Part shown: positions 39,489-49,017 of the stretch, in pieces
Layout of the letters: the number at the start of each line of letters is the position of its first letter
How positions within the stretch are numbered: the stretch's first letter is position 1
Assembly: GCA_039588275.1 (NCBI GenBank)
Contig: JBDHAC010000013.1
Coordinates: 1 to 64,000 of the forward strand
Direction: 5' to 3'
Length of the DNA: 64,000 bases
From: Gemmatimonadota bacterium
GTDB taxonomy: Bacteria > Gemmatimonadota > Gemmatimonadetes > Palauibacterales > Palauibacteraceae
Notes under the pieces: generated by a model
What the model was told of the DNA's origin: nothing
Seen by the model: only the letters and a program-made list of their open reading frames with translations
Database searches by the model: none
Program-made: the position numbers and the translations under genes

Positions 39489-42400
39489 ATGAGGAAGATC
39501 CCTTCGCTGCGCGCGGATTCCGCGCCGGCAACGCGCTTCGTATTCGGAATCTGTTTCGCCGTGTCGATCGCATTCTCTAGCCTGCCGACCGCTCTCGCCG
39601 GGCAGGAACCCGAAGGCGAAGAGGACGATGAAGCCGGCCTCAGCTCGAGCCTCATCTCGGGGCTTCGGTGGCGGAACATCGGCCCGGCGCTGACATCTGG
39701 CCGCGTGGCGGACATCGCCGTCGATGTGACGGACCCGAGCACCTGGTACGTGGCCGCGGCCTCGGGGAACGTGTGGAAGACGGAGAACGCCGGGACCTCC
39801 TGGCGGCCGATCTTCGACCGTTATGGCTCGTACTCGATCGGTGCGCTCGCCATCGATCCGAACAACCACCTCGTGGTATGGGTGGGGACGGGTGAGAACA
39901 ACGGCCAACGTTCGGTGGGCTACGGCGACGGGGTCTACAAGTCGCTCGACGGCGGCGGGTCGTTCGAGAACATGGGGCTCGAGAATTCCGAGCATATCGG
40001 AATGATCCGCATCCACCCTGACGACTCGGACGTCGTGTACGTGGCGGCCCAGGGACCGCTGTGGGCGGCCGGCGGCGATCGCGGCCTGTATCGAACGACC
40101 GACGGCGGCGAAACGTGGGATAGAATCCTCGAGATCGACGAGCACACGGGCGTCAGCGAGGTCTACTTCGATCCGCGCGATCCCGACGTCATGTACGCGG
40201 TTTCCTGGCAGCGGCGTCGTCACCAATGGACGATGATCGACGGCGGCCCCGGCTCCGGCATCCATAAGTCCACCGACGGGGGCGACACCTGGCGGGAGAT
40301 CAACCGCGGACTCCCGAGCGGTGACAAGGGGCGCATCGGTCTCGCGGTCTCGCCGATCGATCCCGAGGTCCTGTACGCGATCGTGGAGGCGAGCGGTGAC
40401 GACGGCGGCACCTTCCGCTCGGACAACATGGGGGAACGGTGGACTCGGACCTCGCGCCGTTCGGCGGGCGCCGCCATGTACTACCACGAGATCTTCGCCG
40501 ACCCGCACCGGTTCGATCGCATCTATTCGCTGGAGACCTTCTTCATGGTCTCCGACGACGGGGGGCGCAACTGGGAGCGGATGCCGACCGAGAACGTGCA
40601 CGTCGATTATCACGCGCTCGCCTTCGACCCGAAGGACCCCGAGCACCTGATCGTCGGGAACGACGGAGGCGTGTACGAGACGCGGGATGGCGGCGAGAAC
40701 TGGCGCTACTTCGCCAACCTGCCGATCACGCAGTTCTACAAGGTGGCCGTCTCCAACGACGAGCCGTTCTACTACGTGTACGGCGGCACGCAGGACAACA
40801 ACACGCTGGGCGGGCCGTCGCGCACCAACACCTCGCACGGGATCCGCAACTCCGACTGGTACGTGACCCTGGGCGGTGATGGCTTCGACCCCGTCGTGGA
40901 CCCAGAGAATCCAGACATCATCTACTCGCAGCTCCAGTACGGCGTGCTGTCGCGCTTCGACCGCAAGACGGGCGAGCGGCTCGACATCAAGCCGCGCGAG
41001 GATGCCGACGGGCCACCGCTCCGGTGGTACTGGGATGCGGGTCTCGCGATGTCTCCTCACTCTAACACCCGGCTGTATTTCGGGGCGCAGATCCTCTTTC
41101 GCAGCGATGACGGCGGGAGCTCGTGGCGCGCGGTCTCGGGCGACCTCACCCGGAACATCGACCGGAACCAGCTGCCGGTCATGGGGCGCGTATGGAGCGT
41201 CGATGCGGTCGCGAAGAACCGGTCCACGTCCCCGTTCGGCACGATCGTATCGATCTCGGAATCCCCACTCGTGGAGGACCTGCTGTACGTCGGCACGGAC
41301 GACGGTCTGATCCAGGTCTCCGAGGATGGCGGGGGGAGCTGGCGGGCGGTGGAGTCGTTCCCCGGTGTGCCGGACACCAGCTTCGTGCACGACGTGGAGG
41401 CATCGCTCCACGACCCGAACACCGTGTTCGCGGTTCTCAACAACTTCAAACGGGGTGACTTCCGGCCCTACGTGCTCGAGTCGACCGATCGCGGCCTTAC
41501 CTGGACATCGATCACGGGGGATCTCCCGGAGAACGGCCCGGCGTTCAGCATCGCCCAGGACCACGTGGAGCCGGGTCTCCTGTTCGTGGGGACGGAGTTC
41601 GGGGCGTATGCGACGGTCGACGGCGGGGGGGAGTGGTTGAAGCTGGGGAGCGGGATGCCGACGATCGCGATCCGCGACGTCGAGATCCAGCGGCGCGAGA
41701 ACGACGTCGCGGTCGCGTCCTTCGGCCGAGGCTTCTTCATCCTCAACGATTACACCCCGCTCCGCGAGCTGGCCGCCGGGTCCGACGATGTTCTCGTGCG
41801 GGCCGGACACATCTTCCCCATCAAGACGGGCGAGATGTTCGTGACCTGGGGACCGATGGGCGGAGGCGAGCGGGCCTCGCAGGGCGCCGGCTTCTACGTC
41901 GCTCCCAATCCCGATTTCGGTGCGACCTTCACGTATTACATCAACGAAACGCTTCGCACGAGCGAGGCTCAGCGCCAGCGCACCGAGAGCCGCGCGGCCA
42001 GAGACGGGAGCGACACCCCGTACCCGACCTGGGACGAGCTGAAAGCGGAGGATCGCGAGGAGGATCCGGAGGTGTTCCTCACGATTCAGGATGCTCAGGG
42101 GAACGTGGTGCGTCATGTAGACGGGTCCACATCTCGTGGCATTCACCGCGCCACGTGGAACTTCCGTTACCCGGGCTACACCCCGTTGGGCGGTGGGGGT
42201 GGTGGCGGATTCGGCGGCTTTGGTGGCGGCGGCGGGCTCGGGCCGCTCGCGCTGCCCGGCAGCTATACGGTGAGCCTCAGCCAGCGCGTCGACGGTGTCG
42301 TCACCGAGCTCGCACCCGCTACCCCGTTCGAGGTCGAAGCGCTCGGGCAGCCCTCGCTGCCGGCGCAGGATCGGGCGGCCGTGCTCGCGTTTCAGCGACA

Positions 42401-42854
42401 GACGGGAGAGCTCCAGCGGGCCGTGATGGGCACATCGCGCGCAGCGACGGACGCGGCTCAACGGCTGCAGCTCATCAAGCAGGCGGTCGAGGTCACGCCG
42501 GACGCGACCGAGCAGATGCGCGAGGAGGCGCGCTCGCTCGAGCTGCGGCTCATGGACTTACAGGAGGCCCTGAGCGGAGATCGGACGCGGCCGAGCCGTG
42601 CGGAGCCAGGCATGCCCGGGATCATCAGCCGCGTGAACTCGGTCGTGGGCGGCCACTGGCGCGCCATGCACGGCCCGACTCAGACGCACCGGCAGCAGTA
42701 CGAGATCGCCGCGGCGGCGTTCAGCGACGTATTCGACGATCTCCGCCAGCTGATTGAAACGGATCTCCCCGCCCTCGAGCGGCAGCTCGAAGCGGCTGGG
42801 GCTCCATGGACCCCGGGTCGGCCGCTGCCGAATTGGACGCGCCCCAACCCGTAA
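39489..42854 (+). CDS. Secreted VPS10/sortilin-like BNR (Asp-box) beta-propeller protein
   Basis: Signal peptide, WRNIGP..SGRV, repeated S.DGG.TW Asp-boxes, GGTQDN, C-terminal helical bundle. Confidence 0.9.
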   Translation: MRKIPSLRADSAPATRFVFGICFAVSIAFSSLPTALAGQEPEGEEDDEAGLSSSLISGLRWRNIGPALTSGRVADIAVDVTDPSTWYVAAASGNVWKTENAGTSWRPIFDRYGSYSIGALAIDPNNHLVVWVGTGENNGQRSVGYGDGVYKSLDGGGSFENMGLENSEHIGMIRIHPDDSDVVYVAAQGPLWAAGGDRGLYRTTDGGETWDRILEIDEHTGVSEVYFDPRDPDVMYAVSWQRRRHQWTMIDGGPGSGIHKSTDGGDTWREINRGLPSGDKGRIGLAVSPIDPEVLYAIVEASGDDGGTFRSDNMGERWTRTSRRSAGAAMYYHEIFADPHRFDRIYSLETFFMVSDDGGRNWERMPTENVHVDYHALAFDPKDPEHLIVGNDGGVYETRDGGENWRYFANLPITQFYKVAVSNDEPFYYVYGGTQDNNTLGGPSRTNTSHGIRNSDWYVTLGGDGFDPVVDPENPDIIYSQLQYGVLSRFDRKTGERLDIKPREDADGPPLRWYWDAGLAMSPHSNTRLYFGAQILFRSDDGGSSWRAVSGDLTRNIDRNQLPVMGRVWSVDAVAKNRSTSPFGTIVSISESPLVEDLLYVGTDDGLIQVSEDGGGSWRAVESFPGVPDTSFVHDVEASLHDPNTVFAVLNNFKRGDFRPYVLESTDRGLTWTSITGDLPENGPAFSIAQDHVEPGLLFVGTEFGAYATVDGGGEWLKLGSGMPTIAIRDVEIQRRENDVAVASFGRGFFILNDYTPLRELAAGSDDVLVRAGHIFPIKTGEMFVTWGPMGGGERASQGAGFYVAPNPDFGATFTYYINETLRTSEAQRQRTESRAARDGSDTPYPTWDELKAEDREEDPEVFLTIQDAQGNVVRHVDGSTSRGIHRATWNFRYPGYTPLGGGGGGGFGGFGGGGGLGPLALPGSYTVSLSQRVDGVVTELAPATPFEVEALGQPSLPAQDRAAVLAFQRQTGELQRAVMGTSRAATDAAQRLQLIKQAVEVTPDATEQMREEARSLELRLMDLQEALSGDRTRPSRAEPGMPGIISRVNSVVGGHWRAMHGPTQTHRQQYEIAAAAFSDVFDDLRQLIETDLPALERQLEAAGAPWTPGRPLPNWTRPNP

Positions 42855-42873
42855 CAGCGAGGTTTCATGAGCC

Positions 42874-42975
42874 ATGAACGGCTTCGCGACGGAGGTGACC
42901 GGCTGGCTATTCATCGCTGCCGCCGCGTGGCTCGCCGCGTTCGGCATCGTAGTGCTCACGTCGGGCGTGACGTGA
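42874..42975 (+). CDS. Putative 33-aa single-TM small protein
   Basis: MNGFATEVTGWLFIAAAAWLAAFGIVVLTSGVT*. Fills the gap between the VPS10 and LanC-like genes; GC3-rich codons. Below the ORF track cutoff. Confidence 0.45.
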   Translation: MNGFATEVTGWLFIAAAAWLAAFGIVVLTSGVT

Positions 42976-42997
42976 GACAGGCGAAGAGGAGACGGCC

Positions 42998-44389
42998 ATG
43001 TGCCACGCGTGCCTGACGCGTCGGTCCTTCCTCCGCAAGAGCGTCGGTGCGACGGCCACGTTGGCCGCGGCGCCGTGGGCGTTGCGGATGCCGCGCTGGG
43101 CGGAGGTCGCCGACTCGGAACGGCCGTACCTGGAAGCCGCGCTCAAGGCCTGGCGCTGGATCGAATCCACGCGCCAGATCACCGAGCATGGCGTCACGTG
43201 GCCGGCCGACCCCGACGATCCCGGTTCCATCGGCACGACGCTGTACACGCACAGTCCGGGCGTGCTTCCGTTCGCCCTGGAGCTCTTTCACGTCACGCAG
43301 GACGAGCGGTTCCTCGACGCCGCCCGCGCCGGCGCGGACCACCTCGGGTCACAACTGACCGACGTCGAGGGCGCCGGGCTGTATGTGGGCCTGGCGGGCC
43401 TCGCGTTCGTGTTCGAGGAGATGTACCGCGCCTCGGGCGACCTCCGGTACCGGCATCTGGCCGAACGCGGCCTCGAGACGCTGATCGCGCGTGCCCGACC
43501 AGCCGGCGAAGGCTCCGCGTGGCCGACCCTCGTCGGCGACGGCGAGGCGGTGGAGTCCAACGACATCGTGAGCGGGACGGCAGGCACGGGACTCACGCTC
43601 CTCTACCTGCACGCGAGAACCGGAAGCGATGCCGCGCTCGAGACGGCGGTGCGCGCCGGATACCGGTTGACCGAGCGGGGGACCGAGGTCGACGCAGGAC
43701 GCAAATGGGATATGTGGCCCGGCTATCCGCGCGAGATGCCCAACTTCTCGCACGGTACGGCCGGGATCGCGTATTTCCTCGCGACGCTCGCGGACCGCAC
43801 CGGCGAGTCCGTCTTTCGGGATGCGGCGGTGGCCGGAGCCAGATACCTGAAGTCGATCGCCACCCTTCGGGACGATGGATACCGGATTCACCACCACACG
43901 CCTGGCGGCGAGGATCTGTATTACCTCGCCTGGTGCCACGGGCCGGTGGGCACCAACCGGCTGTTTCACCGCCTGGGCGAGCTCACCGGGGACGTCGAGT
44001 GGCAGCATTGGGTCCACCGTGGCGCCCGTGGGATCATGGCCACCGGCGTCCCGGAACGGCGGACGCCCGGCTTCTGGGAGAACATCAGCCAGTGTGGCGG
44101 CGATGCGGGCCTGGGAGAGTTCTTCCTGGCCATGAACCGGCTGACCGGAGAGCCCTCGTACCGCTCGTTCGCGGAGAGATTGAACGCGAGTCTGCTCTCC
44201 CGCTCTACGGAGCGCGATGGCGGATTGAAGTGGATCCAGTCGGAGCACCGGGTACAACCCGAGCTGCTCGTGGCGCAGACCGGGTTCATGCAGGGCGCGG
44301 CCGGTGTCGGTAAGTACTTCCTGCACATGGATGCGATGGAGACGCGAAGCGCGGGACCCGTGATCCTGCTGCCCGACGCGCCCTACTGA
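42998..44389 (+). CDS. Tat-exported LanC-like (lanthionine synthetase C-like) alpha/alpha-barrel protein
   Basis: Tat signal TRRSFL, repeated GxxG motifs (GLAG, GTAG, GAAG), NFSHGTAG, AWCHG, SQCGG. Confidence 0.85.
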   Translation: MCHACLTRRSFLRKSVGATATLAAAPWALRMPRWAEVADSERPYLEAALKAWRWIESTRQITEHGVTWPADPDDPGSIGTTLYTHSPGVLPFALELFHVTQDERFLDAARAGADHLGSQLTDVEGAGLYVGLAGLAFVFEEMYRASGDLRYRHLAERGLETLIARARPAGEGSAWPTLVGDGEAVESNDIVSGTAGTGLTLLYLHARTGSDAALETAVRAGYRLTERGTEVDAGRKWDMWPGYPREMPNFSHGTAGIAYFLATLADRTGESVFRDAAVAGARYLKSIATLRDDGYRIHHHTPGGEDLYYLAWCHGPVGTNRLFHRLGELTGDVEWQHWVHRGARGIMATGVPERRTPGFWENISQCGGDAGLGEFFLAMNRLTGEPSYRSFAERLNASLLSRSTERDGGLKWIQSEHRVQPELLVAQTGFMQGAAGVGKYFLHMDAMETRSAGPVILLPDAPY

Positions 44390-44551
44390 GCACTGCCTTG
44401 AGGGGACGCTGATCAACCTGGTCGCCAACGTCTACCCTGTCATGCATCACCGGCGGACCTGAATCCGGATCGTCGACCTCTTGGGCCGGCGTCGGAGCGG
44501 GCGACTCGCGAAGGATGGGCCCGCACAGCCGAGAGGTGTGACGCTTCCGAC

Positions 44552-44788
44552 CTAGCGGGCGATCCGGAAGTAGGCCATCGCGACCAGTTTCGCGACCCCC
44601 ATCGCACCTCCGACGATCAACAGGTCCGATCGCAGTTGATCCAGCACGATCAGGTCACGAACGACCCAGGCGAGGATCAGGATCAGTCCCACCGCCAGCG
44701 CGAACCGACTCGAGTAGTATCTGTGCATGCGGAATCTCTCGTCGACCTCGAGGTCGCCGAACAACGCCGCCATCATCTCGGGCAACAT
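44552..44788 (-). CDS. Small 2-TM membrane protein partnered with the XRE regulator
   Basis: MLPEMMAALFGDLEVDER... followed by two TM helices; starts 1 bp after the regulator stop. Confidence 0.7.
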   Translation of the reverse strand: MLPEMMAALFGDLEVDERFRMHRYYSSRFALAVGLILILAWVVRDLIVLDQLRSDLLIVGGAMGVAKLVAMAYFRIAR

Positions 44789-44789
44789 G

Positions 44790-45002
44790 TCATTCACCTT
44801 CCAGTAGCTCGAACAGCGAATCCGTCGAGCAGTCGAACACCCGAGAGAAACGCAGGGCGAGGGGCAAGCTGGGTGTATAGCGACCGCGCTCGATGGAGTT
44901 GATGCTCTGGCGCGATACACCCACTGCCTTGGCGAGCTCGGCTTGAGTGAGCCTGAACTTCAGCCGATGCTCCCTTACGCGGTTTCGCACGCGTTCGCTC
45001 AT
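44790..45002 (-). CDS. XRE/Cro-family helix-turn-helix regulator
   Basis: NRVREHR...LTQAELAKAVGVSRQSINSIERGRYTPSL.LAL. Confidence 0.93.
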   Translation of the reverse strand: MSERVRNRVREHRLKFRLTQAELAKAVGVSRQSINSIERGRYTPSLPLALRFSRVFDCSTDSLFELLEGE

Positions 45003-45050
45003 CGGGTCGCCTGGGGAAAGGGTCCCTCAGACACGGTGCACCGATTCGAG

Positions 45051-45078
45051 TCAAATGTCAAGCCGGCTTGACATTTGA
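45051..45078. promoter_or_regulatory. Perfect 28-bp palindrome, probable XRE operator overlapping the -35 box
   Basis: TCAAATGTCAAGCCGGCTTGACATTTGA equals its own reverse complement and contains TTGACA on both strands. Confidence 0.75.
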
Positions 45079-45112
45079 TGCGCGACTCTCGGGCGGAGCG
45101 CCCGCTCGCGGG

Positions 45113-47527
45113 TCAGTCCTGGCGAAGCGCCTTCAGTGGATCGATGCGCGTGGCCCTCAAGGCGGGGATCAGCGTCGCCGCCAAGCCCGTCATGGCGAGG
45201 ACGGTCGCAACCACGGCCATGACGGCGGGATCCCATGGCTGAATTCGACCATTGATGCCCGCCGCAACCATGGACAGCGCTCCTCCGAGCGCCAACCCGA
45301 CGAGCAGCCCCACGCCCAGCTGCCATGCACCTCTGCGAAGCACGAGCCGGAGCACATCCCTGCTCTGGGCTCCGAGGGCCCGCCGCATCCCCCATTCACG
45401 GGTTCGCAGGCTGACGGCGAACGCCATGACGCCATACAGGCCGACCGCGGCCAGCAGGAGGGCGGTCGCGCCGAAGAAGAGGAAGAGGCCGGCGAGCACG
45501 TCGTACATGAGCAACTCCTGTTGGATCAACCGGTCGACCCGGTCGACGTTCATGAGCGCGATCGTCGGGTCGATCGACTCGAGCGCCTCTCCGACAACGG
45601 CGGTAAGCCGTAGAGGATCTCCTGACGTCCGAACCAGCACCTGCATCGACACGTGCGGGTTCTGCGCCAGGGGCAGATAGAAACCGGGGCCGTTGGGCTG
45701 CTCGTCGTCCAGTCCGGTCAGGTACAGGTCCGGCACGACGCCCACGATCGTCCGGGATGCGGCCGCGGGATCGCTCCCGAGCTGCACCGTGCGTCCGACG
45801 GCACGGCTATCGGGGAAGAAGCGGGACGCGAACCGCTGGTTGACCAGCAGCACCGGCTCCGCCCCCGCGCGATCCCGCTCGTCGAACCCACGGCCCGCAA
45901 CCGGGGCCCCGTCGAGGAGCCGCAGGAAAGAGGGTGTGACGGTCATAAAGCCTACGCGGGGTAACTCGGCGCCCGGATCGGGCGTGGTCCCCTCGATGCG
46001 AATCGGCCACGGAAGACCGCCCGTAGCGGGGACGTCGGACATCAGGGCCACCGATGTGACCCCGGGAAGCGCCGATACGCGAGCCTCGAGGTCTTCGAAG
46101 AACTGCACGCGTGACTCGGGAGTGCCATACGCCGCGCCAGGCAGCTCGACCTCACCCGTCATAATCTCCTGGACGGGCATACCGAGATCGACGCTACGGA
46201 ACTCCAGGGCACTCTTCACGAGGAGACCGGACGCGATGAGGAGTGCGCCGGACAGCGCGACCTCACCGACCACGAGCAGCCGGTGCACCCGGGTCAGCCA
46301 CCCACTCGAGACGCTTCGTCCGCCCTCCTTCAACGCCTGGCTGATATTGTCTCGTGCGGCCTGAAGACCGGGCAGTATCCCTGCGACCACCGCGCTCGCG
46401 ACGATGATGCCCGCGACGAACAGCAGGACCACGCCGTCGACCCGGATGTCCATCCAGGAGAATCCCACCGACTCGGCCACGGCCCGGTTGAAGATCGAGA
46501 TGCCCCCCCAGGCCCCGAGCAGTCCGAGAGCTCCTCCGATGGCAGAGATCACGAGCGCCTCGGTGAGCAGCTGTCGCACCACACGAGTGCCCTTCGCGCC
46601 AAGCGCCGTGCGGACCGCGAGCTCGGTCCTGCGGTGCACAGCGCGAGTCAGAAGCAGGTTGCCCACGTTCGCGCACGCGAGGAGGAGAACCAGCGAAACG
46701 GCCCCCAGCATCACCCACAGCGCGGTCGAGACTTCATCCCCGAGCTGGCTTTCCGTATAGGGCCTCACGTCGGCTCCGAAACGGTCGTCCGCATCGGGGA
46801 GCGCGGCCACTCGGGTCGCCACGGTCTGCATGTCTACACGGGCCTGACCGATCGAGATGCCATCGGCCACCCTGCCAAACACCTGGAGGAACGGGCCCTC
46901 GTCCCGGGAGCCGGTCGCGGCCAGCTGAAGCGGTAGCCAGATGTCCTCGCCGAACGGGAATCCGAAGTCACGTGGCATCACGCCGACGATCGTTCGTGGC
47001 TCCCCGTCGACCGCCAACGTCCGCCCGGTGACGTCCGGAGCCCCCCCAAACCGTTCCTGCCAGACGTCATGGCTGATGACCGCGACCGGAGCGGCACCGG
47101 GACGCCCATCCTGGCCCTGGAACGTTCGCCCGACGATTGGAGGGACGCGCAGCAGGTCGAAGGTGTTGGCGGTCACGAATGCGGCGTCCCGACGGAGAGC
47201 GCTGACCGAATTTCCGCTCAGTGTGACGTCCTCGGTCTCGAACCCGGCTAACCCCTCGAACGTCGTTTGCTGAGCGCGCCAGTCCACGAGGTCGGCGTGA
47301 CTCACGCTGAACACACGACCGCCAGAAGACCGATCCGTTCGGAATACGTGGACGACCCGTTCTCCTTCGGGGACCGGCAGATCCCGCAGCACTCCGTTCA
47401 CGATCGTGAACATGATCGTGGGGATCCCGATTCCGAGCGCGAGCACGAGGATCGAAGTAAGCGCCAGGCCGGGCGCCTTTCGAATCACCCGCCCGGCGTA
47501 CCGAACGTCCTGAAAGGAGGAGCTCAT
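45113..47527 (-). CDS. ADOP-type duplicated MacB/FtsX ABC permease
   Basis: QDVRYAGR...LALGIG; two MacB_PCD+FtsX modules (ACANVGNLLL.R...RTALGA; LYGVMAF.V..RTREWG.RRALGA); PALRATRIDP..ALR. Confidence 0.93.
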   Translation of the reverse strand: MSSSFQDVRYAGRVIRKAPGLALTSILVLALGIGIPTIMFTIVNGVLRDLPVPEGERVVHVFRTDRSSGGRVFSVSHADLVDWRAQQTTFEGLAGFETEDVTLSGNSVSALRRDAAFVTANTFDLLRVPPIVGRTFQGQDGRPGAAPVAVISHDVWQERFGGAPDVTGRTLAVDGEPRTIVGVMPRDFGFPFGEDIWLPLQLAATGSRDEGPFLQVFGRVADGISIGQARVDMQTVATRVAALPDADDRFGADVRPYTESQLGDEVSTALWVMLGAVSLVLLLACANVGNLLLTRAVHRRTELAVRTALGAKGTRVVRQLLTEALVISAIGGALGLLGAWGGISIFNRAVAESVGFSWMDIRVDGVVLLFVAGIIVASAVVAGILPGLQAARDNISQALKEGGRSVSSGWLTRVHRLLVVGEVALSGALLIASGLLVKSALEFRSVDLGMPVQEIMTGEVELPGAAYGTPESRVQFFEDLEARVSALPGVTSVALMSDVPATGGLPWPIRIEGTTPDPGAELPRVGFMTVTPSFLRLLDGAPVAGRGFDERDRAGAEPVLLVNQRFASRFFPDSRAVGRTVQLGSDPAAASRTIVGVVPDLYLTGLDDEQPNGPGFYLPLAQNPHVSMQVLVRTSGDPLRLTAVVGEALESIDPTIALMNVDRVDRLIQQELLMYDVLAGLFLFFGATALLLAAVGLYGVMAFAVSLRTREWGMRRALGAQSRDVLRLVLRRGAWQLGVGLLVGLALGGALSMVAAGINGRIQPWDPAVMAVVATVLAMTGLAATLIPALRATRIDPLKALRQD

Positions 47528-47686
47528 ATCGGACCTCCGGCAAGGGACAGTGTGGCAATCTGGTTAGGCCTACGAGCTTCGGGCGTGAGAGGTTTTCCGC
47601 TATGGACGTTCGGGGTGGACGAGCGCATACTCCGGCCTCGATCGACCGGCTGATCGCCGGCGGAGCCGTACCTGACCTGACATCCC

Positions 47687-48997
47687 GTGCAATCGCGACT
47701 CTCGAACCGCTCGATCCTTCTCTTCTGGGCGCCGCTGGCAGCCACGTGGCTGATGATGGCGGTGGAGGGCCCTTTTCTGGCAGCCGTCATCGCCCGCCTC
47801 CCGGACCCCAAGTTCAACCTGGCTGCATACGGAGTGGCGTTCGCATTCGCCGTCCTGATGGAAGCCCCGGTGATCATGCTCATGAGCGCCGCGACCGCGC
47901 TCGTCGAGGACCGGCCCAGTTACCGGCGGCTCCGGTCCTTCACCGCCGGGCTCAACGCCGCGGCCACCGCGCTGCTCCTGTTGGTGCTGATCCCGCCGGT
48001 CCACGAGGGGCTCGTGAGAGGCCTGCTCGGCCTGCCGCCGGGCGTGGCCGATCTGACGTACGGCGCGTTGTGGTTGTTTCTTCCGTGGCCCGCGGCGATC
48101 GGGTACAGACGATTCGTCCAGGGGGTCCTGATTCGATCGGGCCGGACGCGTCTGGTCGCGCTGGGGACCGTGATACGGTTGACCGCGATGGCCATCGCCG
48201 CTGCGGTCTTCGCCATCGGACTACGCTTGAATGGTGCGTGGGTCGGGGCCGCCGCCCTGTCCGCGGGTGTGTGCGCGGAGGCCGCCGCGGCACGCTGGAT
48301 GGCGCGCGGTACGATCCGCGAGCTGCTGGCGGCCCCGGGGACGAGTGCCGGCTCAGTGGAGCCGATGGGTTATCGCGAGATCGCGGGCTTCTACTACCCG
48401 CTGGCCCTGACTTCCCTCATCGGTCTCACGGTCCAGCCCATGCTCACCTTCTTCATGGGCCGCGCACCCTTCCCTGTAGAATCGCTAGCGGTGTTCCCCG
48501 TCGTCCACGCGCTTTCGTTCCTGTTTCGGGCGCTCGGACTGGCGTATCAGGATGCGGCGATCGCGTTGATGGGAAGGCGCCACGAGGGCTATCCGGAGGT
48601 CGCCCGCTTCGCGACCGGGCTCGGCATCGCGGCCTCCGCCGGCCTGGCCGTCGTCGCGTTCACGCCACTGGCCTCGGTGTGGTTCGAGACGATCTCCGGA
48701 TTGACTCCGGAGCTGACCGCCTTCGCACTCGTTCCCGCCAGGGTACTGGTGCCGCTTCCCGCCCTCGCCGTGCTGCTCAACCTTCAGCGCGCGGTTCTCA
48801 TGAAGGGGCGACGTACGCGGCCGATCACCGGGGCCTCCGCAGTCGAGCTCATCGGGGTGGCGGCCCTGTTTCCCGCGCTCGCCTGGGGCGCCGGAGTGAT
48901 GGGCGTCACGGCCGCATTCCTCGCGTTCCTCGGAGGACGCGTGGCGGCGAACCTGTATCTGGTCCCGAAGAAGAGGGCGGTGTTACGGAAGATCTGA
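47687..48997 (+). CDS. MATE/MOP-superfamily membrane transporter, ANKH-like
   Basis: About 12 TMs in two repeats beginning FWAPLA and FYYPLA; LAAYGVAF motif. Confidence 0.7.
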   Translation: MQSRLSNRSILLFWAPLAATWLMMAVEGPFLAAVIARLPDPKFNLAAYGVAFAFAVLMEAPVIMLMSAATALVEDRPSYRRLRSFTAGLNAAATALLLLVLIPPVHEGLVRGLLGLPPGVADLTYGALWLFLPWPAAIGYRRFVQGVLIRSGRTRLVALGTVIRLTAMAIAAAVFAIGLRLNGAWVGAAALSAGVCAEAAAARWMARGTIRELLAAPGTSAGSVEPMGYREIAGFYYPLALTSLIGLTVQPMLTFFMGRAPFPVESLAVFPVVHALSFLFRALGLAYQDAAIALMGRRHEGYPEVARFATGLGIAASAGLAVVAFTPLASVWFETISGLTPELTAFALVPARVLVPLPALAVLLNLQRAVLMKGRRTRPITGASAVELIGVAALFPALAWGAGVMGVTAAFLAFLGGRVAANLYLVPKKRAVLRKI

Positions 48998-49017
48998 GGA
49001 GCTGAAGAACTTCAGCG

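Noticed and set aside
39450..42461. Very long antisense or alternate-frame ORFs (also 22538..24532, 25049..26806, 30098..31525, 47602..49005, 43000..44313)
   Set aside because: They overlap motif-supported genes and are Arg/Pro/Ala-rich with no motifs; typical shadow ORFs of high-GC DNA.
42874..44389. Lanthipeptide biosynthetic cluster
   Set aside because: No dehydratase, no Cys-containing precursor and no dedicated exporter or protease; the LanC-like protein is itself exported.
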